Below, in pieces: positions 26,501 through 33,800 of a stretch of DNA of 64,000 bases; the first letter of the stretch is position 1, and every line of letters starts with the position of its first letter. The notes beneath the pieces were generated by a model. The model saw only the letters and a program-made list of their open reading frames with translations. It had not been told where the DNA came from and searched no databases. Position numbers and translations under genes: made by a program. Origin of the DNA: a virus; IMG/VR virus record IMGVR_UViG_3300034105_002043, positions 12,747 to 76,746 of that record, one strand, 5' to 3'.

Positions 26501-27687
26501 AATTCGTAAACTCTCTCTCTATCCAAACTATCTCCACCACCCCAAGTATGTTCAAATTCTAATTGAGCCAAATATTTGTTTACTGCTTTTCTAACTTGCG
26601 GTTTAGTAAATTCATATACACCATCTTGTTCATAAGATTCATAAGCCTCATATACATAATCTACAAAACGATTAATTTCGGATTGAGATATTTCGTCAGT
26701 TACAGGAACACTTACAGTTTTGCCTTTAACTTCTCTCATCATTGGTATAGGTTCTTCAAACATTCCGCCGTCAGCAAATTTTTTAATATCCCAATTAGTT
26801 TTAAATTGACCCGTCTTTTGATTTATTTTATCAATAAAAGCAATTTTTTGTCCTTTAATATAAATAATGTTATTATTGTCAATAGTTATATCATTTTCTT
26901 TTGCATACCTATTAACCATTGCATTTTTTTCGGTTTTTTTATTAAATTGTTTTTCTTTACTTAAATCGTTAAGCATTTTTCCGTAAGTTACGGCAATGTT
27001 TTCTATTGCACCACCACTTGCTAATAAAGGCATATTTTTTGGATAATTAGGTGCTAAACGGTCAGCGTGACGGTCACGAGTTTCCCAATACTTTCTACCT
27101 AACTTATTAGGGAAAGTACCATATTTATTTGAAGTATTCCCCTCTTTAGTAACAAATCTTGCACCTCTCGGTTTTGCAGTTCTTACCATATCACGTCTTA
27201 AATCAGATTTTGTAAAACCTTGTAACTCTTTTTTAGTTCTAACAAGAGCCAAAAGTTTTTCTAACTCACTTTTCTTTTGCTCAACAACTTGCTCTCTACG
27301 TTCTTTTAAAACTACTTTAGCACGTTCCATAGCATCTTTCCAAGACTCTCCTGCTTTTTGAATTTCTTTAGCAACAGACATTATGTTATTACTTGAACCT
27401 TTGGCAGTTGAAGTAGTTGCAGGGGCTTTTGCTTTAGTAACTTTTTTTGCTTTAACGGCTTTTTGTACTTTAGCAACTTTTTGAGCAACCGCCTTTGGCT
27501 TTTTTACCGAATCAGGATTAAGCGTTGTAATTTGGTCTAAAATCTTTTCAGCAACTTTGTTTTTTGCCTCATCAGTTTCTTCAAAATTATTGGTAAGTTT
27601 TTTAACTTGCGCCAATACTTTTTGGTCTTTTTCGGAAACTTTAGATTGGTCAATAGTTTCGTATTTTTTTAATAAAGTAGAGTTCAT
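20581..27687 (-). CDS. polyvalent protein/polyprotein 2 (about 28 [FYML]xxGG linkers; basic N-terminus)
   Basis: K/A-rich N-terminal 220 aa, then many short modules delimited by FADGG/FANGG/YANGG/YADGG; shares two modules with polyprotein 1. Confidence 0.8.
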   Translation of the reverse strand: MNSTLLKKYETIDQSKVSEKDQKVLAQVKKLTNNFEETDEAKNKVAEKILDQITTLNPDSVKKPKAVAQKVAKVQKAVKAKKVTKAKAPATTSTAKGSSNNIMSVAKEIQKAGESWKDAMERAKVVLKERREQVVEQKKSELEKLLALVRTKKELQGFTKSDLRRDMVRTAKPRGARFVTKEGNTSNKYGTFPNKLGRKYWETRDRHADRLAPNYPKNMPLLASGGAIENIAVTYGKMLNDLSKEKQFNKKTEKNAMVNRYAKENDITIDNNNIIYIKGQKIAFIDKINQKTGQFKTNWDIKKFADGGMFEEPIPMMREVKGKTVSVPVTDEISQSEINRFVDYVYEAYESYEQDGVYEFTKPQVRKAVNKYLAQLEFEHTWGGGDSLDRERVYEFLINPNLKEIKNPRFLDGGMNNLTIQNVSFANGGILNFSDFDLENSESNSFAGNVLVKTEISDERYDDIIDYLDSAGLEPNPFMGEEGTHFGFRFNGSTEDLMEILENFSKYLKSHKIKAEIDELNESDESFAKGGKIMPFLKFEYAVEAREKLNNNELPVFDGGVGFNYLDKEKKLYYLPSVTGSWEEVGDFDSKEESIKWLSERLKMEGFANGGSVNMDKHVWEGWTVGDFIEELEPTFNQIMSGRSWQKPFKTKDEVKAWAMDNQPYYKKNIPEVVNYFWAKAQSKGNYADGGMTIYLTQARAELKSYSDEKIAKIYSKMKDLDYSDVIIELKGNREERQDAIEEILKEANKRGNPNTKLANGGGIDGGMNNLTMQNVSFEKGGIFYKEGSNKYGLGNTEIFVQEENDMYCVYDNVYNDESENWEIKKLADFDTMDEAKEFAIEHSKKEYANGGSLPFMTDPNFGNFQNTGAFELGGAFMTTDLAGHSGGGTGGLNADMPLSGVSGTYYTGLVGETGAMSSGELFAVGGAVGDNVLGLKKGDIYKVIDTQHTAGSNVYTFIDYVDKDNHIMLKSLPFPPNPKKKNDFEYIYEVSSDGIKVLNDEEIGQIISRKYKNFVENNYELGGAMAQNQQVINDASQSYVNYYLGEGASQGIYKDGGSIPNNYKGRTAEDVWNNYTERQRQHFLYDHNDQINKYGRNKNKLTTDKITKAISSDWSTLDSDIKGAFNIHVSQGQYAYGGKTKSRPSMRELYIEQIAYLTNTREVGVDAFAKEHNLTDSELSNLMSGLGRKMISQSDFITALVGNKNNPKQKEVVAFAKSDKAYKMADGGALKFKAGYGEKYFDKREKMQLTIGKETNIPNVYNVNWEDGENSIYSVDNINFLISKGIWKKLDKMSNGGFTPDVSDGTQFMSGVYANGGGIRSQEELNKIISEKDEKVKGLTPKQVAEMWNENSFGVKEGISKPITVEEAKSPIMKMYLRNLLIENELTEDEYNEYFESGGFVGTVEFNTGDVVWQKDEKRYATVMNNYGDPVNGDYGELRLDTTGNTPIFTYDKNYQSTGYNLVKLGEKGDTGKFTPEVVAEMKESANRLIDMRKERKDTEMIEYYEGIYKRLLDGEFDSMVGRAKATASSKLKKYIDNEDINYVALMIKGSRRIVKGSDVLNGANLLKDGGDLTNIAFYVPKRDVISVTLKNGKTIKPVNGYWVKKDYQPISGSGGNNVDESFKIGDYVKKTEKQGSIVYGTEGFIYEIDKDFSEIKLEDDYGNKNPKSYKLKGFRKLKSKSKNANVSSNAPTSIVKKDSNKLVAPKGYVFVNSGSHRATQQINRGDAKYVSLYSFGGANTSAGTTIMFMTEKDFEKVKDIRGVSPAKNSLPAKSQWFSRHEDKNLDKVFLDIEQRESFGYADGGQMEVNDIDAELEDFDLDNLDPFETMQYENYSKSMSKVDALQVLIDTVEGDYSQLSPELAELAEMQISQEEWDESSREMYGYANGGEVKDKDGFNLYDKLDNTIKKDFWVWEYEKPSDVIQGNSDRETEEGYTEKGIVDFQIARMQRGYIYGFHIQGVTGDDFNFVSKTWQDAWDKYDNDDYDDIDDEEDDNVSSFGIPFDDDSYAKGGEIADIQKMKKALITKAKSRGLYENFGQKEVRVLEDKYGYTNNVRDFDNWAMNFDLSQMAYGGGVAFKPYGKTKGKFKITYLDGGEKQSEIRETLEMAIDTANRYKKYDEFSKIEVFDESGKKIMADGGFMNDVYADGGELKGKFLAEIKVPYNYERVVKDEFEFTEFLSKKLTNNWFGNGYWGVTIVKPLFEKDYSQKIVVEIQIPVGVTQGGGLDKFDVEEFISKTLTKKWFGNGYWGVDIVSSYADGGMFEDNEGFMRADNNFNYRYPEMEVYVETFDEPIDLTSNVSSKSNKVVIKPLDENIDLSDDKRVRATMGYTPKNRNPESFAKINPRAFEFIEELPMPTSNTHKND
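25342..25395 (-). repeat. linker repeat encoding DGGMNNLT(M/I)QNVSF(EK/AN)GG, copy 1 of 2
   Basis: Second copy at 26401-26454. Confidence 0.85.
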
Positions 27688-27702
27688 ATTTTTAATTTTT
27701 AA

Positions 27703-28815
27703 TTATTCGTATAGTTTTAATAAATCTTCAAGGTTTTCTGTTTCTTCTATTGGATAAAGCGATAATAAATCTTCAAGGCTATCTGTTTCTTCAATTGGTT
27801 TTTCAACTTTACCGACAGGAGGAATTACTTCTATAATTTCATCATAGTCATAATATACGTCCATTGATTTAATATTTTCCTTTATTTTTTGTCTTATATT
27901 TTCCAATGCTTCAGTTTCGTTATCGGCATAAACATCGTGTATTTTAGGGTATTTAGTTCCCCCGTCTTTTTCACTTGCTGAAACAACAACATTTATCTTG
28001 TAAAGAGTTTTACCTGCATTTTCATCTTCAACCTCAATTATTGGTTCGACAACTTTTTTAGGTTCTGACTTGCTACCAATACTTTGGTTTTCTTTAGCAA
28101 GAATTAAAGTTTGCTTTATAAGTTCAATAATTTCGTTTTTAATGCTTTCGTCTTTAATCTCGTTTAACTTTTTTGTATTGATGACATTATAAAAATCATC
28201 TAAAGTTATATCTTTAGTTGGCGTTTGAACAAATTCATTCTCGATAAAACTTTTAGTAATCACTTCTTCAAAAGGGAATCTATCTCTAACAACACTCCAA
28301 TCAATACTATCTTTTGAAGCAAATGGCGTAATAAGATATTCAGACCAATTAGTATCGAACTCATTTTGCAAATCGCTTAATTTGTTCAACCTATCAAATA
28401 CTATGTATTTTTCTTTTGCTTTATTAAAATCAAATAAAACAGGTCTTTCTAAAGTAAAACTTAAAATCTTTCTTTCCGTTTGTCCAAGTAACATCATTTG
28501 TTTGTAATCAAACTCCACGACAGAGCCGATTTCAACACCGTAAACTTTATCAAATTTATAAGTGTCTAAATTAGAACCGTCAAATTCTGTATTTAGGTTT
28601 GAAATATCGTCCCTATTGGTTAAATTATAGTTTTCCCAAATAAACAAAGGCAAATTATTTTGCCATTTAGAATATTCAGAACCTTTTTTAAATGAAATAT
28701 CTGCGTTAAATTTTATTAACACCAAGTTGTAAAGGGTCTTGAAAGAAACCAAGCATAAGTTGCCTAATCTATCATAAATTAAATTCCCCTCTTTGTAATC
28801 CATTATTAATTCCAT
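27703..28815 (-). CDS. hypothetical protein
   Basis: 370-aa ORF in operon; acidic C-terminal duplication PIEET..LEDLL.LY x2. Confidence 0.75.
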   Translation of the reverse strand: MELIMDYKEGNLIYDRLGNLCLVSFKTLYNLVLIKFNADISFKKGSEYSKWQNNLPLFIWENYNLTNRDDISNLNTEFDGSNLDTYKFDKVYGVEIGSVVEFDYKQMMLLGQTERKILSFTLERPVLFDFNKAKEKYIVFDRLNKLSDLQNEFDTNWSEYLITPFASKDSIDWSVVRDRFPFEEVITKSFIENEFVQTPTKDITLDDFYNVINTKKLNEIKDESIKNEIIELIKQTLILAKENQSIGSKSEPKKVVEPIIEVEDENAGKTLYKINVVVSASEKDGGTKYPKIHDVYADNETEALENIRQKIKENIKSMDVYYDYDEIIEVIPPVGKVEKPIEETDSLEDLLSLYPIEETENLEDLLKLYE

Positions 28816-28831
28816 TTCTTACCTTTTTAAA

Positions 28832-29107
28832 TTAAATTTCAGTTGGCTTTAAATCGCCTAAAAAAGCACCATACTCCAATCTTGTCATTCCGCTTTCTAA
28901 ATTTTTCCAACCCTCTTCAGGAACGTATGTTTCAAGTATTTCTGTTTCTTTGTAAATTCCGCCCTCTCCAATATGGTAATTAACGTGAATAAAAAAAGTA
29001 TTTGGAATTTCAGGGTGTTTTAATACCTCTACTTTGCTCAAAGATACGTTTTTATGTTTACCAAAATCTTGGTAATGTTTTTTTCGATTTGTTACTTCTG
29101 CTATCAT
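28832..29107 (-). CDS. hypothetical protein
   Basis: 91-aa ORF tightly packed in operon. Confidence 0.7.
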   Translation of the reverse strand: MIAEVTNRKKHYQDFGKHKNVSLSKVEVLKHPEIPNTFFIHVNYHIGEGGIYKETEILETYVPEEGWKNLESGMTRLEYGAFLGDLKPTEI

Positions 29108-29108
29108 C

Positions 29109-30698
29109 TTACCTTAATGTTTTTTCGATTGCTTTAATCAAGTCGTTTGTTCTTTCCTCTGTTCTTAAAATTTCTTCAGTAGGCGTTTCATAAACCTTTA
29201 ATTTCGGGTCGCCTAAATTCCGAACAACTTGTAAATTATCTCTTATAAGACCTGATAAATACCTTACAATATTTTGCTTTTGTTGAGCATCAGATAAGTT
29301 TGCATATTTAGGGTCTTCTTTTTCTCTTGTGTATATTTTTTGTATGAATTTTGACGGGTTATTTGTTAATAACATTCCAACGTAATCTAAAATTCTATAA
29401 ACTTCTTCTTTTATTTTTTCAAAAGTATCTGCGCTATTTCTACCTGTCAATCTATCGCTACTATCTATATCTCTTAAACCACCAAGAATCATTAATCCTT
29501 TGTCGTTTATTTTTGTTGTGTTTTTTACAGAGCCTTTCTGATTGAAAACCCAATTTTTATACATTTGAAAAGCATCGTATAAATCATCACGTTGACCATT
29601 TCTAAAACCATACAAAGTAGAACCATACCCATAAGGGTAACGAGTGCTATTAGGATTATTTGCTTTTTCAGCCATTCTTCTAACAGTAGCCAAACTACGC
29701 CAAAGATTTACCCTGAAAAAACGTACATCTGAAGTAAATGAAGCAAGGTTTCCGAAATCAAGCGTTTCTCCATACTCTTTCAAAGCAAAAGGCAAGAAAA
29801 CCAATGTATCTTCGGGTGTATCATAACCTCTTACTCCATATATTCTTACTTTAACACCTGCTTTTTCTAAAATATCGGCAACAATAAATGTCGGTAAGTT
29901 TTTAGCCAACATATTTTCTGTGTCAATCCCCGCAAGACCCCCTGCTACTATAAATAAATCAACAAAAGGAGAAACCCCACCACCAAGTTTTTCTCTATAC
30001 ATAAAAACTTTTTTGGTAGTAGTAGCATATTTTAATTTTGCATAAATTCCTTTTTCTTTATCCACTTCAAATCCACACCCATTATAAATTTTACCGTCTT
30101 TAAAAGGCAAGTTTAATTTATGAACGTCTGAATACTGAACTTTTACATCTTCGCAATACTTTTCAATTAAAGAAGTACCCTCTTGTTGCTTTCTTAAATA
30201 AACTCTATTTCCTTTAAAATTATAATATGGAGCATTATTTATTTCACTTTGCAAAACAAGGTTACTATCTACTACAACCTCATTAGTTTCGTCATAATAT
30301 TCAACTTTTCTGTATAACCCTTTTGACGCAACACCAAAATTAAATACTCCTTTTGGCAAAGAAGTAAATTTCATTCTTGCTGAATCAAAGTCGCCTCCTA
30401 AATCCAAGTCTTTTCTAATATCCGAAAAACTATTTAACGCATCTTGCAACAAAGGCATATCGCTAAATATTTTTATTTCGTCATAAGAAAATTGTTCTTC
30501 AAGACTTTTTGTGCTATTTGGGTCGTAACCATAAAAACTTGGATTACCTGTAATGTTGCCATCAGAAGTTGAAACATCATTGATACGATTAACCTCTGTT
30601 GGGTTATTCAACCAATAGTCCTCAACTTCCTTTAGTAAATCCCTTTGGGAATTATAGAAGTAAAACTCTAATTTATTTGCAAGAGTTGAATTTATCAT
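29109..30698 (-). CDS. VWA-like partner of MoxR ATPase (degenerate MIDAS)
   Basis: VDLFIVAGGLAGID...DILEKAGVKVRIYGV...LKEYGETLD...FFR pattern of viral VWA-like proteins; directly downstream of AAA+. Confidence 0.55.
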   Translation of the reverse strand: MINSTLANKLEFYFYNSQRDLLKEVEDYWLNNPTEVNRINDVSTSDGNITGNPSFYGYDPNSTKSLEEQFSYDEIKIFSDMPLLQDALNSFSDIRKDLDLGGDFDSARMKFTSLPKGVFNFGVASKGLYRKVEYYDETNEVVVDSNLVLQSEINNAPYYNFKGNRVYLRKQQEGTSLIEKYCEDVKVQYSDVHKLNLPFKDGKIYNGCGFEVDKEKGIYAKLKYATTTKKVFMYREKLGGGVSPFVDLFIVAGGLAGIDTENMLAKNLPTFIVADILEKAGVKVRIYGVRGYDTPEDTLVFLPFALKEYGETLDFGNLASFTSDVRFFRVNLWRSLATVRRMAEKANNPNSTRYPYGYGSTLYGFRNGQRDDLYDAFQMYKNWVFNQKGSVKNTTKINDKGLMILGGLRDIDSSDRLTGRNSADTFEKIKEEVYRILDYVGMLLTNNPSKFIQKIYTREKEDPKYANLSDAQQKQNIVRYLSGLIRDNLQVVRNLGDPKLKVYETPTEEILRTEERTNDLIKAIEKTLR

Positions 30699-30701
30699 AT
30701 A

Positions 30702-32114
30702 TTATAAAGGAATTGCGCTATTTTTAGCATAATTTTTCTCCGCTTCTTCAATAATAAGTTTAGCAGTTTCTTTTTCTTCGTCAGTTGCCGTATTTAATTG
30801 TGCCAAAGGCGTTACATCTTTAATATCACACATATCATAAAATGCTCTAAATTCAGCAGACAATTCTTGTTCAATTGTTTCTCTTTGTTGTTGAGAAAAT
30901 AATGTCAAAAATGATTTTACAACCTCGCTTAATTTTTTAGGTCTTGGTATCTTATTTGGGGTTTGTTCTCTATTAACAAGGAAAGCAACAAAAGTATCTC
31001 TCGCAACAATCATTAAACGAGTTGAAACGAAAGCAATACCTGTCAATTTCTTCTCTACAATTTTCATACGCAATTGAGCCAAGAAGTTAAAAGCAAAAGT
31101 CATATCAACAATAGTTCCGTCAGGGAAACTATCTGAAGATATATTGGTCATTATTTTTTCATACTCAAATTTGTAGTTGTATGTAATTCTGTAACAACTT
31201 CCTGCGAAACGGTCTTGCAAAGATAAATCCTGTTTAAAGTTAGCCTCGTAGTCTTTGTTTGCTTCATTCAACAAAGAGTTACCTGTTGCAATTATAAAAA
31301 TATTTGCTCTTGAAATTCTTTGCCCCTTACCATTTGAAATAGTTGGCTGAACTTCTATTTTAGTTCCGTTAGCCAATTCAACAACTTTTACGGCATCTTT
31401 AATTTTAGCCAAACCGTCATTTAATAAACCTGCGGTATTAGGGTCAATTTTAGGTAACTCATCTAAAAGCAGTAAAGCACCGTCATAAGGTTGATTTTTA
31501 GCATTTAAACCTAAATCAATATTACCCCACGCTTCAGTTAATCTTCCCTCTTGATACCCGTCAATAGTTTGACCTCCTAAAATATCTAATGGAGAAGTAT
31601 ATTGGTTACAGTTTAAAGTAATCAACTTATAGTTAATTCTGTCCGCTATAATACCTGCAATAAAAGTTTTACCCGTTCCTGCTTCCCCGTATAAATATAC
31701 GTTATTTTGGGCTTCATAATCAGATAATAATACATCAATCAATCTACGGTCTTCGCCCGTTTTACCACTAAAGGTTTTTACGTTATTGACTTTTACTTCA
31801 ATAGTTTTTGTTTCGCCAATTAACTTTTGAAGTTCAGGAGAAAGGTTAGACTCTTTAATTTTTAATTTTTTCAACCTTTCGTTGATAGCATTGTCAATCT
31901 CTCTATTAGACAAACTTGCGTTGCTATTGTAAACCTTGTCAATCAAAGTGTTTATAGAAGTAACTACTCCCGAAAAATCTTTGTCAACATCAACTTTCTT
32001 ACGTTGTTTAATTTGGTCTAATCTTTCCTGCGCAACTTTACTTGCGACAGAATCGGCAGGATTATTAGCGATTATCCTTTCGTATTTTTCTATTTCTTTT
32101 GTATTATCTTCCAT
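30702..32114 (-). CDS. MoxR/CbbQ/dynein-related AAA+ ATPase
   Basis: YLYGEAGTGKT, LLLLDE, IIATGN, QDLSLQDRF. Confidence 0.9.
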   Translation of the reverse strand: MEDNTKEIEKYERIIANNPADSVASKVAQERLDQIKQRKKVDVDKDFSGVVTSINTLIDKVYNSNASLSNREIDNAINERLKKLKIKESNLSPELQKLIGETKTIEVKVNNVKTFSGKTGEDRRLIDVLLSDYEAQNNVYLYGEAGTGKTFIAGIIADRINYKLITLNCNQYTSPLDILGGQTIDGYQEGRLTEAWGNIDLGLNAKNQPYDGALLLLDELPKIDPNTAGLLNDGLAKIKDAVKVVELANGTKIEVQPTISNGKGQRISRANIFIIATGNSLLNEANKDYEANFKQDLSLQDRFAGSCYRITYNYKFEYEKIMTNISSDSFPDGTIVDMTFAFNFLAQLRMKIVEKKLTGIAFVSTRLMIVARDTFVAFLVNREQTPNKIPRPKKLSEVVKSFLTLFSQQQRETIEQELSAEFRAFYDMCDIKDVTPLAQLNTATDEEKETAKLIIEEAEKNYAKNSAIPL

Positions 32115-33793
32115 TATATAATAAATTTATTTAGTAATTCGTTTTTCATTTCAGTAAAAATAAGGTCTATGTTTTTTTCTTTATTTAGAGTTTCTACGTT
32201 TTTTTCAATCGTATTTAACTGATAAACTAACGTGTCAATACTTGTTTCATTTTCAATAATTAATTCATCTGTACCCGCCACATTTACATTTAAAACGACT
32301 TTATCGACTGAATTTCCTTTACCGAATTTTATTACAACGTCTTTTAAATCTTTTTTTGTAAGATACAAATCTAACAATTTATTTTCGTTTTTTAATTTTT
32401 GGTAAGTATAATATTTTAAGTTAGTTAACACAACGTCAACAATTAAATTATTACGTCTTTTTTTGTCTTCTACTTCATTCAAATATGGCTTATCTATATC
32501 GTTAGATTTTTTTGCTATTTGAAACTTCAAATCTTCTATTTGCTTATTAATATTTGCAAACATATTTAAAGGTAATTCATATTGTTGTTGGTCATCAACT
32601 TGCAATACTTCGGTATTATTTAAAGCCCCCATCATCACATAAATTTGATTTTCCAAATCTGCAATTTGTTTTTTAAAATCTTCAATTACGAACAAATCGG
32701 CATTGTCTTTTTTCTTCTTTTTCTCCATTGCTTCCAAAATAACTTTTCTATCCGCAATTCCCTCACTACAAATTCTGATTTCTCTTTCCAAATCGTTTTC
32801 ACGTTGCTCTTGCTCTTGTTCTTGTTGGCTTTGACCTTGTTCTTGACCCTGACCTTGTCCTTGTCCCTGACCTTGTCCTTGTCCTTGTCCTTGACCCTGA
32901 CCTTGCCCCTGACCTTGTCCTTGTCCTTGACCTTGACCCTGACCTTGTCCTTGACCTTGCCCCTGACCTTGTCCTTGTCCTTGACCTTGCCCCTGACCTT
33001 GTCCTTGACCTTGCCCCTGACCTTGTCCTTGTCCTTGACCTTGTCCTTGACCTTGTCCTTGTCCTTGACCTTGTCCTTGTCCTTGACCTTGACCTTGACC
33101 TTGTCCTTGTTCTTGTCCTTGACCTTGACCTTGTCCTTGACCCTGACCCTGACCCTGACCCTGACCTTGACCTTGCCCTTGACCTTGACCCTGACCTTGT
33201 CCTTGTCCTTGTCCTTGTCCTTGACCTTGACCTTGTCCTTGACCCTGACCCTGACCCTGACCCTGACCTTGACCTTGCCCTTGACCTTGACCCTGACCCT
33301 GACCCTGACCTTGACCTTGCCCTTGACCTTGACCCTGACCTTGCCCTTGTCCTTGACCTTGACCTTGACCTTGACCTTGCCCCGAAGCCAAATTGCTTTC
33401 AATTTGATTTAAAATATCAGAGAAACCACTTCCGTTATTAGGCATCTCTACACCATTTCCTCCTACCTGTGTAGAATGTGGGTTTTCCTGTAAAGAATTT
33501 AATAAATTATGTAATTGCTCTTCCTCTTTCTCTTGTCTATAAGTTCCTGAATAAGAAGTTTCATCTACGCTTGAAATATCATTATAAATTCTTTGGAATA
33601 TTTGTGATGCTTGATATTCGTCTTTTGGTACGGGTAAACCTGCGGAAACGAACATTTTGTCAATTTCCTGTTTAGGCGTAGATTGAACAAATAAATCAAC
33701 TGCTCTATCGGTAGTTACATAATTTTTGTAATCTCCAAAAGGAATTTGATTATACGCTAATAAACTCGCTAATAACTGTTTTTCTTCTTCCAT
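32114..33793 (-). CDS. protein with 184-aa Gly-Gln repeat between two globular/coiled domains
   Basis: Open frame with (GQ)n; stop overlaps the AAA+ start. Confidence 0.85.
   Translation of the reverse strand: MEEEKQLLASLLAYNQIPFGDYKNYVTTDRAVDLFVQSTPKQEIDKMFVSAGLPVPKDEYQASQIFQRIYNDISSVDETSYSGTYRQEKEEEQLHNLLNSLQENPHSTQVGGNGVEMPNNGSGFSDILNQIESNLASGQGQGQGQGQGQGQGQGQGQGQGQGQGQGQGQGQGQGQGQGQGQGQGQGQGQGQGQGQGQGQGQGQGQGQGQGQGQGQGQGQGQGQGQGQEQGQGQGQGQGQGQGQGQGQGQGQGQGQGQGQGQGQGQGQGQGQGQGQGQGQGQGQGQGQGQGQGQGQGQGQGQGQGQGQGQGQGQGQGQEQGQSQQEQEQEQRENDLEREIRICSEGIADRKVILEAMEKKKKKDNADLFVIEDFKKQIADLENQIYVMMGALNNTEVLQVDDQQQYELPLNMFANINKQIEDLKFQIAKKSNDIDKPYLNEVEDKKRRNNLIVDVVLTNLKYYTYQKLKNENKLLDLYLTKKDLKDVVIKFGKGNSVDKVVLNVNVAGTDELIIENETSIDTLVYQLNTIEKNVETLNKEKNIDLIFTEMKNELLNKFII
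32831..33382 (-). repeat. hexanucleotide coding repeat, 92 GQ units (2 are EQ)
   Basis: GGT/GGA/GGG-CAA/CAG units with synonymous variation. Confidence 0.95.
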
Positions 33794-33800
33794 TTTTTTA

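Noticed and set aside
32645-33412. 255-aa + strand (LT/LS)n ORF and 238-aa - strand (KV/KD)n ORF
   Set aside because: Alternative frames of the stop-free GQ hexamer repeat; variation is synonymous only in the GQ frame
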